Positions 44,079 to 54,287 of a stretch of DNA of 64,000 nt are shown piece after piece. The translations under genes and the position numbers were made by a program. The notes under the pieces are model-generated. The model worked only from the letters and a program-made list of their open reading frames with translations. It had not been told where the DNA came from and made no database searches. How positions within the stretch are numbered: the stretch's first letter is position 1; every line of letters starts with the position of its first letter. This DNA is from Candidatus Falkowbacteria bacterium (lineage in GTDB: Bacteria; Patescibacteriota; Patescibacteriia; Patescibacteriales; WJLG01): contig CAVVFV010000010.1 of assembly GCA_963747695.1 (NCBI GenBank), positions 133,618 through 197,617 of the forward strand. Reading direction: 5' to 3'.

Positions 44079-45680
44079 TTATACTGTTGTCAAATTAACC
44101 GCGGCCGGCGCGGTTTTCTTGTCCCGGCGGCGCAGGAAATACCGGGCAACGCCGAACACGAGGACGATTACGGTAACGCCAAAGATGTTCAGATAGCGCA
44201 TCGTTTCTTTGGCCGCGGTGGACGGCAAAGTTATCGGCCGTTCCGTCGCGGTCTTGGCGCGGATATTGATCAAATCGGAATCCAAAGACAAGCCGTCGAC
44301 CAGGTTCTGGAAGAAAAGCATATTGTCCGAACCGTCACCCGTGAACATATCGGTGGCAAAATCGGAGTCGCCCACCAAAACAATCCTGGCTTTATCCGTT
44401 GATCCGGCGCCGAAAGCGCTGGTCACTTTGCCCGAAACATATACCGCCAGATCATATTGGCCGGATTTGCCGCTGGCATTCGCGGCGGCTTGCGGATCAA
44501 GGACGAAACTATCCGTTTCGGCCAAGCTGTCACTAGTAGATTTGGCCAGGTAAACGACGTTTTCGCCGGCCTTCGGCGTTACGTCAATACTTGATACCCA
44601 AGGAAAAATTATGCTCTGCAGATTGGCGACGATCACATTGGATTTATCCATATTGTTCGGCAAAATTTTCGGCCAAAGCGGATAATTTATCATATACGTC
44701 ATGCTGTAACCGCCGCTCGTGGAAGAAAAAGACGCCCGGCCGTTGGAAGAAGCATCGGCGATCAAATCATTATTAAGCTGCAAACCGTAAGCGGATAATA
44801 ATTTACTCAAGCCCAGATCATTTTTCGTCGCCCCCATTCCCTTGGCCACTGTCACGCCATCAGCCAGAAGGATCAGCGACTTGCCTTTCATCACGAACGC
44901 ATCGATCTTTTTCAATTCATCGTCGGTGAATTTATCCTGCGGACCGACGATCAGCAATGTGCTGACATCATCGGTGATCTGATCTTTAGCCAGATCGATA
45001 TTCTTGACCTCGTAAAGGTCGCTGAGTTTGGCATAAGCCTGCGTCATCAAGGTGTCGCCCGAGTTCGGATCGCCGGTGGTCGGCACAGTCTTGTTGCTGG
45101 TCACCAGGCCGATGACCGGCAAATTTTTTCCGGCTAATTTTTTGATATCGGAAGTGACCTGATATTCCAGATTCGAGGTATCGCTCACCACCGGGATGAC
45201 TTCGGTCTTGCCGCCATACTGCAAAACGATCCCCAGATAGCCGTTGACGACCTGGTAAGAATCATTGCGCATCACATTGAACTGCAAAGTCGGAATGCCC
45301 TTGGCCGCCAATTCGTTGGAGGCGTCTTTCAAGGTAGCCGGATCAATCATTTGCACTTTTATTTTCCCGTTGGAATAGCTGGAGTATTCAGCCAACAGAT
45401 CACTGACTTGCTGCTGCAAATCCAAATATTGCGCGGGCAGATTCTTGCTGAAATAAGCCTTAATATTGACAACATCGTCAAGATTGGCGGCGGTTTTTTT
45501 GCTGGCGGTCGACAAAGAGTAATCACCGTTGGCAGTCAGATCCCAGCGGAAATGTAACTGGCTGAAAATAAAATTAATAACAAGCAAGAGACCGATAATA
45601 ATAACAATTGTAATAAAATTATCACCTTGCTTTGGCAGCTTCCACGCCCTGATCCGTTTCGTTATATCGAAAAATTTCAT
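44079..45680 (-). CDS. GldG-like ABC-transporter auxiliary protein (N- and C-terminal TM anchors)
   Basis: Architecture and position after the ABC-2 permease. NIKAYFSKNLP-type N-terminal region. Confidence 0.7.
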   Translation of the reverse strand: MKFFDITKRIRAWKLPKQGDNFITIVIIIGLLLVINFIFSQLHFRWDLTANGDYSLSTASKKTAANLDDVVNIKAYFSKNLPAQYLDLQQQVSDLLAEYSSYSNGKIKVQMIDPATLKDASNELAAKGIPTLQFNVMRNDSYQVVNGYLGIVLQYGGKTEVIPVVSDTSNLEYQVTSDIKKLAGKNLPVIGLVTSNKTVPTTGDPNSGDTLMTQAYAKLSDLYEVKNIDLAKDQITDDVSTLLIVGPQDKFTDDELKKIDAFVMKGKSLILLADGVTVAKGMGATKNDLGLSKLLSAYGLQLNNDLIADASSNGRASFSSTSGGYSMTYMINYPLWPKILPNNMDKSNVIVANLQSIIFPWVSSIDVTPKAGENVVYLAKSTSDSLAETDSFVLDPQAAANASGKSGQYDLAVYVSGKVTSAFGAGSTDKARIVLVGDSDFATDMFTGDGSDNMLFFQNLVDGLSLDSDLINIRAKTATERPITLPSTAAKETMRYLNIFGVTVIVLVFGVARYFLRRRDKKTAPAAVNLTTV

Positions 45681-45695
45681 ATTTTTAAATTATTA

Positions 45696-45790
45696 AATGT
45701 TATATTGTTATATTGTTACTCAACGAATTTGATTACTCGGCGCATTTTTTTCACAACGCAACAATATGACAATATATCAATATGGCAATT
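45696..45790. repeat. ATATTG-octamer palindromic element filling the permease-GldG spacer
   Basis: AATGTTATATTGTTATATTGTTACTCAACGAATTT..CACAACGCAACAATATGACAATATATCAATATGGCAAT. Confidence 0.75.
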
Positions 45791-45795
45791 TTATA

Positions 45796-46530
45796 CTATC
45801 GCCACGCCCGTTTCTGAATAACCTGCGCGTTGAGCCAGAGGAATAAGAAAATAAAAGTCAGGTAATAAACGATATCTTGAGAATCGATCACGCCGCGGGC
45901 AATACTGTCAAAATGCGTGCCCAATCCCAGAAAGGCGAAGACGGGGGCGATAGCGGGCGGCGCTACCTGGAGGACAAAGCTGGAACCGACGATCAGCGCC
46001 GCGAAACAAGCGACTAAGCCGAGTACGAAAGCGATGATCTGATTGCGGGTCAGCGCCGACAGGAAAAGCCCAAGCGACAAATAAGCGCCGGCCAAGAAGA
46101 TCGATCCCAGATAACTGCCGATCAGCGGACCGAAATCCAGCCGGCCCAGGAAAGAAATGGAAACCGGAATGGTAAAAGTCAAAGCCAGGGCGATGATCAT
46201 AAAACATAAAGCGCCCAAAAATTTAGCCAGCACGGCTTGCCAGGTGGTGATCGGCAAGGTCAGCAGAAATTCGATCGTGCCGGATTTTTTTTCTTCCGCC
46301 CAAAGCCGCATTGTTACGGCCGGCGAGAGAAATAAGAAAATCCAGGGCAGCAGCGCGAAATATTCGCGCATGCTCGCTTCCTGATAAATGAAAAAATTCT
46401 GGAAGAAAAGCCAGTTGCCGGCCACCAAAAACACCGCAATGAATATGTAGGCGATCGGGGAATTGAAATAGGACATCAGCTCCTTCTTAAATAAAGTCCA
46501 GATTATTTTGAAATATTGTTTATTATTCAT
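45796..46530 (-). CDS. ABC-2 type transporter permease (GldF-like)
   Basis: Six hydrophobic segments. Position downstream of the ATPase. Confidence 0.8.
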   Translation of the reverse strand: MNNKQYFKIIWTLFKKELMSYFNSPIAYIFIAVFLVAGNWLFFQNFFIYQEASMREYFALLPWIFLFLSPAVTMRLWAEEKKSGTIEFLLTLPITTWQAVLAKFLGALCFMIIALALTFTIPVSISFLGRLDFGPLIGSYLGSIFLAGAYLSLGLFLSALTRNQIIAFVLGLVACFAALIVGSSFVLQVAPPAIAPVFAFLGLGTHFDSIARGVIDSQDIVYYLTFIFLFLWLNAQVIQKRAWR

Positions 46531-46544
46531 AATTATATCAATTT

Positions 46545-46680
46545 TTGAATTTTTAATTTTGTAATTTTTAAATAAGTCTTAATTTTTAATTATTAAACTT
46601 TGAAATTACCGCTGGTTTAAAAATTAATAATTTGACCTTAAAAATTATTTAGAAATTAAAAATTATAAAAATTTAAAAAT
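46545..46680. repeat. AT-only palindromic element, second copy (see 14651-14750)
   Basis: TTTTAATTTTGTAATTTTTAAAT ... AAATTAAAAATTATAAAAATTTAAAAAT. Confidence 0.65.
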
Positions 46681-47607
46681 TTATTTTGTCAGTTCCCTAA
46701 ACGCGTCTTCCAGCGACGCCTGATACTTGGCAATCTCCAAAACATTGAACCCGCCGATGATCAGCGCCTTGTTGATCGCGGCCCGGGCATCGCGGCCCGC
46801 TTCAGTTTCCACCTCATATAAGATGGCGCTGCCTTCCTGCCCGACCGGCACAACTTTAGTCACTCCCGGGGTTTTGCCCAACAGCGCCAAAACTTTTTCC
46901 TTGGCGCCTTCAACTTTTATCTTTACCATCTCCCTGGATTTGGTCTGCTTGATCAATTCGGCCGGACTGCCTTCGCCGACGATTTTTCCGTTATTGATGA
47001 TAATCACCCGGTCGCAAACCGCGCTCACCTCGCCCAGAATATGCGTGGAAAAAATCACGGTTTTTTCTTTGCCGATCTTCTTGATCAACTCGCGGATCTC
47101 CATTATCTGATTCGGGTCCAAGCCGGTAGTCGGTTCATCCAAAATCAAAACATCTGGATTGCCCATGATCGCCTGCGCCAATCCCACTCTTTGCCGATAG
47201 CCTTTGGATAATTCGTCGATCAATTTATTCATCACTCCGGAAACGCCGCAAGCCGCCGCCACTTCCGCCAGCCGCGACTTCAGTTTTTCACCCGACAAGC
47301 CGCGCATTTCCGCCACGAATTTCAGATACTCTCTGACTTTCAGATCTTCGTAAAGCGGCACGGTTTCCGGCAGATAGCCGATCTTGGCCCGAGTCGCGAG
47401 AGAATTATTGACTGCATCGATACCGTCGATCGTAATCGAACCGGAAGTCGGAGTCCAAAAAGAAGTGAGGATCTTCATCGTCGAAGTCTTGCCCGCGCCG
47501 TTCGGGCCCAAAAAACCGAGGATCTCCCCGGTCTTAACCGAGAAGGAAATATCGTTCAAAATCTGGGTATTACCGATCTTTTTGGTGAGATTTTTGATTT
47601 CGATCAT
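46681..47607 (-). CDS. ABC transporter ATP-binding protein (GldA-like)
   Basis: Walker A GPNGAGKTS, signature LSKGYRQRV, Walker B LILDEPTTGLD. Confidence 0.9.
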   Translation of the reverse strand: MIEIKNLTKKIGNTQILNDISFSVKTGEILGFLGPNGAGKTSTMKILTSFWTPTSGSITIDGIDAVNNSLATRAKIGYLPETVPLYEDLKVREYLKFVAEMRGLSGEKLKSRLAEVAAACGVSGVMNKLIDELSKGYRQRVGLAQAIMGNPDVLILDEPTTGLDPNQIMEIRELIKKIGKEKTVIFSTHILGEVSAVCDRVIIINNGKIVGEGSPAELIKQTKSREMVKIKVEGAKEKVLALLGKTPGVTKVVPVGQEGSAILYEVETEAGRDARAAINKALIIGGFNVLEIAKYQASLEDAFRELTK

Positions 47608-47710
47608 ATTTAAAAAAAATTATTATCTTAGAATTTCCGCCGAACGGACTATTAATACTAATACGACAAAACTATATTTTTGTGACATCTAATGTGTAAT
47701 CTTACCAAAT

Positions 47711-47751
47711 AAAAAAGCCTGGCGTCAATCTTGCGCGCCAGGCAAAAAAAT
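47711..47751 (-). terminator. Intrinsic terminator after the Cys-rich gene
   Basis: GCCTGGCG..CGCCAGGC flanked by A/T runs. Confidence 0.65.
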
Positions 47752-47788
47752 GTCGTTATAAAAAACAGGTTTTGAAAATCCGCCCAGC

Positions 47789-48109
47789 TCACTTATCATC
47801 AAATTTTCGTCCGCACAAGGAGCAGTCATAAATGTCCTGATTGTCAGGACTGGCTCCGCCACCCATATTGCACGTTTTCCATGAACATAGTCTCTCTTCT
47901 TTGCAATCGGGATTAAGACAAATGTGCCGGCTAGTATTGTAGATCACGTCTGGATTATCATTCAGATCAATGACACATACAATCGGAGCGCCGCAAACGC
48001 ATTTTTGGTCGATTACCTTTGTGCTGACATCAAGACCAAGATCTTTGATCTTCAGCTTGATCGTCTCTTCAGGAGTGAGTAATTTTTCGGACTTCTTACT
48101 TTCATCCAT
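47789..48109 (-). CDS. Small Cys-rich (zinc-ribbon-like) hypothetical protein
   Basis: Ten cysteines, including C.C, C...C and CSLCG pairs. GGAGGG SD upstream. Confidence 0.55.
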   Translation of the reverse strand: MDESKKSEKLLTPEETIKLKIKDLGLDVSTKVIDQKCVCGAPIVCVIDLNDNPDVIYNTSRHICLNPDCKEERLCSWKTCNMGGGASPDNQDIYDCSLCGRKFDDK

Positions 48110-48158
48110 AATCCCTCCTTTTTAAAGATCAGCATGATTGAACTTATTCTAAAAAAAA

Positions 48159-49265
48159 TTATATGTCCAATTCTTTTAAAGCCTCTTTTTGTTTCTTGTT
48201 CAAATTTTTCGGCGTCCTGATGATTACTGTTACCAGATGATCCCCTTTCGTGCGCCCATCTTGATATTGCACGCCCTTATTTTTCAATTTAAAGACCGTG
48301 CTCGATTGCGTGCCTTCGGGGATTTTCAATTCGACCGGCCCGTAAACCGTTTCAATCTCAACCTTGGCGCCCAAAGCCGCTTGGGAAAAATTAATTTCTT
48401 TTTTAGTTAAGATATCATAATCATCGCGCGCGAATTTGTCACTCGGCTTCACTCTGATTTCCAAATACAGATCGCCGGCGCTGGCGCCTTTTTCGCCAGC
48501 CTCGCCATATCCGGGAATCCGGATGCGGCCGCCATTGTCCACGCCGGCCGGAATCTTCACTTTGAATTTTACCGTATCGTAAACCGTTCCCGCGCCGCGG
48601 CAAGCTTCGCATTTCTGGGAAACGGTTTTGCCTTCGCCGCCGCAATTCGGGCAGGAGGTTTCGGTCTGGATATTTCCTAAAATCGTTTGTTGAACTCGGC
48701 GGACGCGGCCGTGCCCTTTGCAAGTCGGACATTCTTCAACCTTCGCATTCGGGTGAGCGCCGGAACCATTACATTCTTTACAGACGACCTTTTTCTTCAG
48801 CGTGACTTCTTTCTCGACGCCGAAAATGGCTTCCATAAAATCAACCGTCATTTGCGCTTCGATATCCTGGCCGCGCTGCGTCCGCCCTCGTCCGCCTCTG
48901 GCGGAGCGGGATGAACCAAAACCAAATATATCTCCTAGTCCGCCGAACATTTCGCCCAGATCGCCCAAGTCATCCATATTGATATTCATTCCGCCATTCT
49001 GAAAACCGCCGAAGCCTCCATAACCTCCCTGACCAGGATTAAACCCTCCGGCGCCGTTGAAATTCGCACCGAATTGATCGAATTGTTTTCTCTTTTCCGG
49101 ATTCCCCAAAACCTGATAAGCTTCATTGATCTCCTTGAACTTATCGTCTTTGCCCGCGTTCTTGTCCGGATGATATTGATGCGCCAATTTCAAAAACGCC
49201 TTCTTGATCTCGTCGGCGGAGGCCGTTTTTTCTACACCTAAAATCTTATAATAATCTTTAGACAT
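48159..49265 (-). CDS. dnaJ: Molecular chaperone DnaJ
   Basis: J domain with HPD (YHPDKN), G/F region, four CxxCxGxG zinc motifs. Confidence 0.95.
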   Translation of the reverse strand: MSKDYYKILGVEKTASADEIKKAFLKLAHQYHPDKNAGKDDKFKEINEAYQVLGNPEKRKQFDQFGANFNGAGGFNPGQGGYGGFGGFQNGGMNINMDDLGDLGEMFGGLGDIFGFGSSRSARGGRGRTQRGQDIEAQMTVDFMEAIFGVEKEVTLKKKVVCKECNGSGAHPNAKVEECPTCKGHGRVRRVQQTILGNIQTETSCPNCGGEGKTVSQKCEACRGAGTVYDTVKFKVKIPAGVDNGGRIRIPGYGEAGEKGASAGDLYLEIRVKPSDKFARDDYDILTKKEINFSQAALGAKVEIETVYGPVELKIPEGTQSSTVFKLKNKGVQYQDGRTKGDHLVTVIIRTPKNLNKKQKEALKELDI

Positions 49266-49447
49266 GTTTATTTAAAAATGATAGATGATAAATGATAGAT
49301 GATAAATTTCTTAACATTATTTATCACTTATCATTTATTATTAATCATTGATACAACCTATTGCTTTTTTTATTAATTTATGTTATACTATTTAGACGTT
49401 CATTTGAAATTAATTAGCCATAAAATCCAATCAACGAAAGGATTGCC

Positions 49448-49708
49448 ATGTACCCAGCACCCCTGACAAAAGAAGAATCTGCGGAGAATATCAAGGTGAT
49501 GTTCAGATGGTTCAAGGTCATGATCATTTTGGCCAATCTCGCGGCCATCGCCATCGCCATTACCGACAACCAGGATCTTCCTGAACTCAGCTCCAAAATA
49601 TTTTGCTGCATCCTCGGCGTCGGTATCCCGTGGCTTGCCTTCATGGTCTGCAAATTCATGATCGACAACCAGACCGAACAAGAGCAAACAGGAACCAAAC
49701 AATCCTAA
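49448..49708 (+). CDS. Small membrane protein (86 aa, two TM segments)
   Basis: AAAGGA SD upstream. Own terminator. Confidence 0.5.
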   Translation: MYPAPLTKEESAENIKVMFRWFKVMIILANLAAIAIAITDNQDLPELSSKIFCCILGVGIPWLAFMVCKFMIDNQTEQEQTGTKQS

Positions 49709-49732
49709 CAAACATTTTTTCGATCACCAGAG

Positions 49733-49764
49733 CGCCTCTAAGGAAAAGAGGCGTTTTTATTTTG
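49733..49764 (+). terminator. Intrinsic terminator
   Basis: CGCCTCT-AAGGAAA-AGAGGCG followed by a T-run. Confidence 0.7.
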
Positions 49765-49765
49765 C

Positions 49766-50053
49766 TTAGGCTTTGAATCCGATCTCCTTATTCAATTCTT
49801 CCGCTTCCTTGATCTTGCCGAATTTGGCTTCATAATCTTTCAACGCTTTTTCCATCACCGCGATCATCCGTTTATAATGTCCGGGGTTGGAAATTATCTT
49901 CGCGACCACGCGGCCGTTCTGCCCGACCAGATTGAAAAACGGCAAAGTGAATTCATCCTTATTAAAGACGACTTGCATCGCGTTGGTATACTCCCCGCCC
50001 GGAATGTTGTCGGCGATCTTAATTTCCACCGGCTTAGTTTGATTGGGTCCCAT
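49766..50053 (-). CDS. DUF3467-like protein
   Basis: GGEYTNAMQVVFNKDEFTLPFF pattern, recalled from the family. Confidence 0.55.
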   Translation of the reverse strand: MGPNQTKPVEIKIADNIPGGEYTNAMQVVFNKDEFTLPFFNLVGQNGRVVAKIISNPGHYKRMIAVMEKALKDYEAKFGKIKEAEELNKEIGFKA

Positions 50054-50078
50054 AGTATTAAGAATTATAAATTATAAA

Positions 50079-50651
50079 TTACAAATTATAAATTTTTAAT
50101 CGATTCTTAAATTCTTTCAAACTTTTCACCCCGCCCTTTAAAACCGCTTCGTATATTTTAAAGCCGGCGATTATAATCTTGTTATCATTCCTGAATTTTT
50201 TTAACGCGAGAATCAGCTCTCTCTGCCGATCGGAAATTTTTTTCCAGAAAACGATGCTGGCTTTCGTCCTTCTGGCAAATTCCTTTTCGTCCATGAACCA
50301 AACATCGATCGTCCAGGTTTCGCCGGCGAATCTGGTTTTCATGCCGAGATAATGGCCATTAGGAAATTCTTTGCCCATTCTGGGATCATCCCATTTACCG
50401 CCGATAAAATAACTCTTGAATTTATTCTGCCAATAAAGCCGGTTGAATATCCGTAAAACTTCCTGCCTGGAATATTTTTTTGCTCTCGTCACCTCCAGAT
50501 CAATATCGCCGTGCATCATCAAACCAAGCGAATAGGCGCCGACCAAATGCACCTGGCCGAATTTTGCCAAATCCTTGATCAGTCCGGTCTTGGTCAGTAA
50601 ATTATCGGCTTGATTTTTATATTTTCGGCTGATTCGGGTAAGTTTTGACAT
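50079..50651 (-). CDS. Nucleotidyltransferase-fold protein (putative)
   Basis: HLVGAYSLGLMMHGDIDLEV resembles the G[SG]..D.D minimal NTase motif. AT-rich. Confidence 0.45.
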   Translation of the reverse strand: MSKLTRISRKYKNQADNLLTKTGLIKDLAKFGQVHLVGAYSLGLMMHGDIDLEVTRAKKYSRQEVLRIFNRLYWQNKFKSYFIGGKWDDPRMGKEFPNGHYLGMKTRFAGETWTIDVWFMDEKEFARRTKASIVFWKKISDRQRELILALKKFRNDNKIIIAGFKIYEAVLKGGVKSLKEFKNRLKIYNL

Positions 50652-50660
50652 AGATATTTA

Positions 50661-50712
50661 ATTCCCCTCTTGGGAGGGGTGTCTGCCCCGCACGGACGGG
50701 GTGGGTTTATTG
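50661..50712. repeat. Family E element
   Basis: TTCCCCTCTTGGGAGGGGTGTCTGCCCCGCACGGACGGGGTGGGTTT. Confidence 0.7.
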
Positions 50713-50719
50713 TCTTTCA

Positions 50720-51469
50720 TTATTTAAAAAACTTTTTTATCTTCCGCCAGAATTGCGGCTTGATCGAGTTGCGAGCGGAAAGATGACCGCCCTTCTTTAA
50801 ATATAGGTGTTGGCAGCCAAGGTCTTTAACGAACTTTTTCACTGATGGCGTACTGATAAGCTTATCGTCATTAGCTTGAATTATGAAAATATTTTTGGCG
50901 TTCAATTTTTTTACGACCGAAGCCGGATTATATATTTTACCTTCTTCTAATTTTTTCCAATCGCGGTGATCAAACCGGTATCCTTCGCCGAAGGCCGCAC
51001 GGGTGAATTTTTCCAGCCAAGGCATCGGTTCGATTTTACTATGCACTTCTTCGCGCCAATCAACCACAGGCGAAAACGCCACGGCCTTTTTAACTTTCGG
51101 ACTCTGCGAGGCCAAGATGACCGCCGGTCCGCCGAAACTTGAACCGATCAAATAAACCTGCGGCTTCTTTATCTGCAAAACTTTGCCGCTCCACAAATCC
51201 TTAAAACCTTTCGGCAGTTCTTCAATAATATCCAAGATATCCTGATGCGGTGACACTCGCAAAAACTTTCCGCCGCTCTCCCAGGTCCCGCGATATCTCG
51301 GCAAGAACGCCCAATAGGCTCGCTTAGCCAGCCAAAAAAGCATTTCATCACTTCTGCCCGGATAGCCAGGCATGCCGCCGCAAACAATCACCACCTTATT
51401 CGATCTCTTCTTAGGAGCAACAAACTCGCAGATAATATCTTTCTTAATTCTAGTTCTCAATGTATACAT
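50720..51469 (-). CDS. Alpha/beta hydrolase (dienelactone hydrolase / peptidase S9-like)
   Basis: Nucleophile elbow GSSFGG. The start was moved to ATG 51469 (MYTLRT) because the track's N-terminal 43 aa read through a family E repeat. Confidence 0.75.
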   Translation of the reverse strand: MYTLRTRIKKDIICEFVAPKKRSNKVVIVCGGMPGYPGRSDEMLFWLAKRAYWAFLPRYRGTWESGGKFLRVSPHQDILDIIEELPKGFKDLWSGKVLQIKKPQVYLIGSSFGGPAVILASQSPKVKKAVAFSPVVDWREEVHSKIEPMPWLEKFTRAAFGEGYRFDHRDWKKLEEGKIYNPASVVKKLNAKNIFIIQANDDKLISTPSVKKFVKDLGCQHLYLKKGGHLSARNSIKPQFWRKIKKFFK

Positions 51470-51477
51470 AAATTTAA

Positions 51478-51524
51478 GTCCCCTCTTGAGAGGGGTGGCC
51501 GAAGGCCGGGGTGTGTGAAGATTT
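51478..51524. repeat. Family E element (reverse orientation) directly 3' of the DUF559 gene
   Basis: CCCCTCTTGAGAGGGGTGGCCGAAGGCCGGGGTGTGTGAAGATT. Confidence 0.75.
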
Positions 51525-51947
51525 TCAAAGGCGCGGACTATTTTTACCCATCCAATCCTTAATCTCCTCGACAATCGCCCAACGGGCATTTTTAACATTG
51601 CTATCTGTAAACCGCAAGAATCTTATTCCCAATTTTTCCAATTCCCTCTGGCGAATTTCATCTTCAATTTCTTTATATCCGTGCGAATCACCATCGATCT
51701 CGATCGCCAGCCGCAATTCGTCGCAGAAAAAATCGACAATATAATTTCCCATTGGCTTCTGCCGGTGAAAATTATAACCGCGGATTTTTCTCTGTTTCAA
51801 CTCCTGCCAAAGCAGTATTTCGGCCAAGGTGCTATGTTTTCTCAAATTACGCGCCAGCTGTTTCAATTTTGGATCGTATTTGATCAATAATTTTGTTTTT
51901 CTTATCCCCCTCCTTATTAATAAATTATATTTCCCGCCGCTTCCCAA
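51525..51947 (-). CDS. DUF559 (Vsr-like PD-(D/E)XK) endonuclease-domain protein; start codon uncertain (TTG in track)
   Basis: LRKHSTLAEILLWQELK..GYNFHRQKPMGNYIVDFFC..LAIEIDGDSH..R...L...G...LRF. Confidence 0.8.
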   Translation of the reverse strand: MGSGGKYNLLIRRGIRKTKLLIKYDPKLKQLARNLRKHSTLAEILLWQELKQRKIRGYNFHRQKPMGNYIVDFFCDELRLAIEIDGDSHGYKEIEDEIRQRELEKLGIRFLRFTDSNVKNARWAIVEEIKDWMGKNSPRL

Positions 51948-52083
51948 TCTTCACACACCCCGTCAGTCCGCGGCGGACTGCCACCCCTCTCTAGAGGGGA
52001 CTTTTTCCGACGCCGGTTTCTTCGTTGCGAAGTCCCCTCTGGAGAGGGGTGCCGAGCCCGGCGAGGCGGGGTGTGTGAAGATG
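51945..52083. repeat. Two family E elements in head-to-head arrangement (51945-52005 forward, 52030-52083 reverse)
   Basis: AATCTTCACACACCCCGTCAGTCCGCGGCGGACTGCCACCCCTCTCTAGAGGGGAC ... AAGTCCCCTCTGGAGAGGGGTGCCGAGCCCGGCGAGGCGGGGTGTGTGAAGAT. Confidence 0.8.
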
Positions 52084-52105
52084 TTATTTGCGACAAAATG
52101 ATTTT

Positions 52106-54013
52106 TTACTTCTTTTCTTGGTATTCTCCTTCAACCGGACCCTGTTCATCTTTCTTCGCTTCTCCGGCGTTAGGTTGTTCGGCACCCGGAGCTCCGGCAC
52201 CCGGCTGACCCGCTTGTGATTGGTACATCTTCGCGCCGATCGATTGCGCGAGCTGATTCATTTCTTCCAATTTTTTCTTGATCGCCTCGGTATCCGTGCC
52301 GTCCTTGATCTTTTTCAGATCTTCGACATGATCGGTTAAAGTCTTGATATCTTCCGGCGACATTTTGGCGCCCATATCTTTGATCAATTTTTCCGTCTGG
52401 AAAATCACACCCTCGGCTTGATTTTTCAGATCAATGCTTTCCTTTTTCTTCTTGTCATCCTCGGCATGCAGTTCGGCTTCTTTCTTCATCTTCTCCACTT
52501 CTTCCTTGGATAAACCAGAGGAAGCAGTGATGGTGATCTTCTGCTGTTTATTGGAAGCTTTGTCGGTCGCGGAAACATTCAAGATGCCGTTGGCGTCGAT
52601 ATCAAATTTAACTTCAACTTGCGGGACACCGCGAGGAGCCGGCGGAATGCCGTCGAGCATAAATCTGCCCAAAGTTTTATTATCAGTCGCCATTGGCCGT
52701 TCGCCTTGGAGAATATGGATTTCGACGGAAGTCTGGCCATCAGCCGCGGTCGAGAAGACCTGGGATTTCTGTGTCGGGATGGTGGTGTTGCGTTCGATCA
52801 ATGGAGTGGACACGCCGCCCAAAGTCTCAATGCCCAAAGTCAAAGGCGTCACATCAAGCAACAAGATATCTTTCACTTCGCCTCTTAAAATACCGCCTTG
52901 CACGCCGGCGCCAGCCGCCACGACTTCATCCGGATTGACTGACATATTCGGGTCTTTCTTGAAAAAATCTTTAACCAGGGCTTGCACCATCGGCATGCGA
53001 GTCTGGCCGCCGACCAAAACGACTTCTTGCAGATCTTCAACTTTCATTCCCGCGTCAGCCAAAGCTTTTTTGCAAGGCTCGATAGTTTTCTGCACCAAAT
53101 CGCCCACCAATTCTTCCAATTTCGCGCGAGTCATTTTTTTCACCAAATGCTTCGGACCTTCCGCGCCGACAGTAATGAAAGGCTGATTGATTTCGGTTTC
53201 CATCGCGCTCGACAATTCGATCTTGGCTTTTTCGGCCGCTTCCTTGATGCGCTGCAAAGCCAGCGGATCTTTGGACAAGTCCACGCCGTTCTCGCGCTTG
53301 AAATCATCCAAAATCCAATTGATGATGCGCTGATCAAAATCCGCGCCGCCCAAATGCGTATCGCCGTTGGTGGCTTTCACCATCACGCTGTCGCCGGAAA
53401 CATCCAAAATGGAAACATCGAAAGTTCCGCCGCCCAAATCGTAGACCACGATCTGATGGCCTTGCTTCTTGTCCATACCGTAAGCCAAAGCGGCCGCGGT
53501 CGGTTCGTTGATAATTCTTTTCACATCTAGCCCAGCTATCTGGCCGGCATCTTTGGTCGCCTGTCTTTGCGAATCGTTGAAGTAAGCCGGCACGGTGATG
53601 ATCGCTTCGGTGATGGTTTCGCCCAAACGCGCTTCGGCATCAGCTTTTAATTTTGACAAGATCTTGGCGGAAATTTCCTGCGGAGTATATTCTTTGCCGG
53701 AAATGATGATCTTCACGCCTTCGCCGGCCTGCACGATCTTGAACGGCATATTCTTGAGGTCGCGCTGAACTTCGGCATCATTGAAATGACGGCCGATCAA
53801 ACGCTTAACTTCAAAAATCGTGTTCTCCGGATTAGTGACGGCTTGCCGTTTCGCTGAAGCGCCCACCAGCCATTCGCCGGATTTGGAAATCGCGACGATG
53901 GACGGAGTAGTTCTCATGCCTTCCGAATTTTCTAAAATTTTCGGCTGCCCGCCTTCGACGATCGCCATCGCGGAGTTAGTTGTTCCTAAGTCGATTCCTA
54001 GTATTTTACTCAT
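52106..54013 (-). CDS. dnaK: Molecular chaperone DnaK (Hsp70)
   Basis: [17 protein letters not shown], full substrate-binding domain and lid. Confidence 0.97.
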   Translation of the reverse strand: MSKILGIDLGTTNSAMAIVEGGQPKILENSEGMRTTPSIVAISKSGEWLVGASAKRQAVTNPENTIFEVKRLIGRHFNDAEVQRDLKNMPFKIVQAGEGVKIIISGKEYTPQEISAKILSKLKADAEARLGETITEAIITVPAYFNDSQRQATKDAGQIAGLDVKRIINEPTAAALAYGMDKKQGHQIVVYDLGGGTFDVSILDVSGDSVMVKATNGDTHLGGADFDQRIINWILDDFKRENGVDLSKDPLALQRIKEAAEKAKIELSSAMETEINQPFITVGAEGPKHLVKKMTRAKLEELVGDLVQKTIEPCKKALADAGMKVEDLQEVVLVGGQTRMPMVQALVKDFFKKDPNMSVNPDEVVAAGAGVQGGILRGEVKDILLLDVTPLTLGIETLGGVSTPLIERNTTIPTQKSQVFSTAADGQTSVEIHILQGERPMATDNKTLGRFMLDGIPPAPRGVPQVEVKFDIDANGILNVSATDKASNKQQKITITASSGLSKEEVEKMKKEAELHAEDDKKKKESIDLKNQAEGVIFQTEKLIKDMGAKMSPEDIKTLTDHVEDLKKIKDGTDTEAIKKKLEEMNQLAQSIGAKMYQSQAGQPGAGAPGAEQPNAGEAKKDEQGPVEGEYQEKK

Positions 54014-54044
54014 AGATTTTTTTATTAAATTAATTTTTATAAAA

Positions 54045-54284
54045 CTAAATTTTACCCTGTTTTATATTCATCTTCTCCCTTGCAGTTAAAGTTTTTGAAT
54101 CCGGACATTTATCTTTTAAAATTTTCATTATTCCTTTTAATTCATCAATGACTTCCTTAGAAAGACAGGCTTCGGATTGAATATTTTCGTTTGAATTTAA
54201 ATTTTGAATCCTTGAATGAATTCCTGCTTTAAGCTCGCGATATTTTTTTATTAATTTTTCACAATCATTATTTTGATTTTCCAT
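54045..54284 (-). CDS. Small hypothetical protein (79 aa), AT-rich
   Basis: Begins 3 nt after the upstream gene's stop codon. No family recognised. Confidence 0.5.
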   Translation of the reverse strand: MENQNNDCEKLIKKYRELKAGIHSRIQNLNSNENIQSEACLSKEVIDELKGIMKILKDKCPDSKTLTAREKMNIKQGKI

Positions 54285-54287
54285 AAT

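Noticed and set aside
52434-53530. 250-aa and 182-aa plus-strand ORFs
   Set aside because: They are antisense to dnaK, whose identity is unambiguous.
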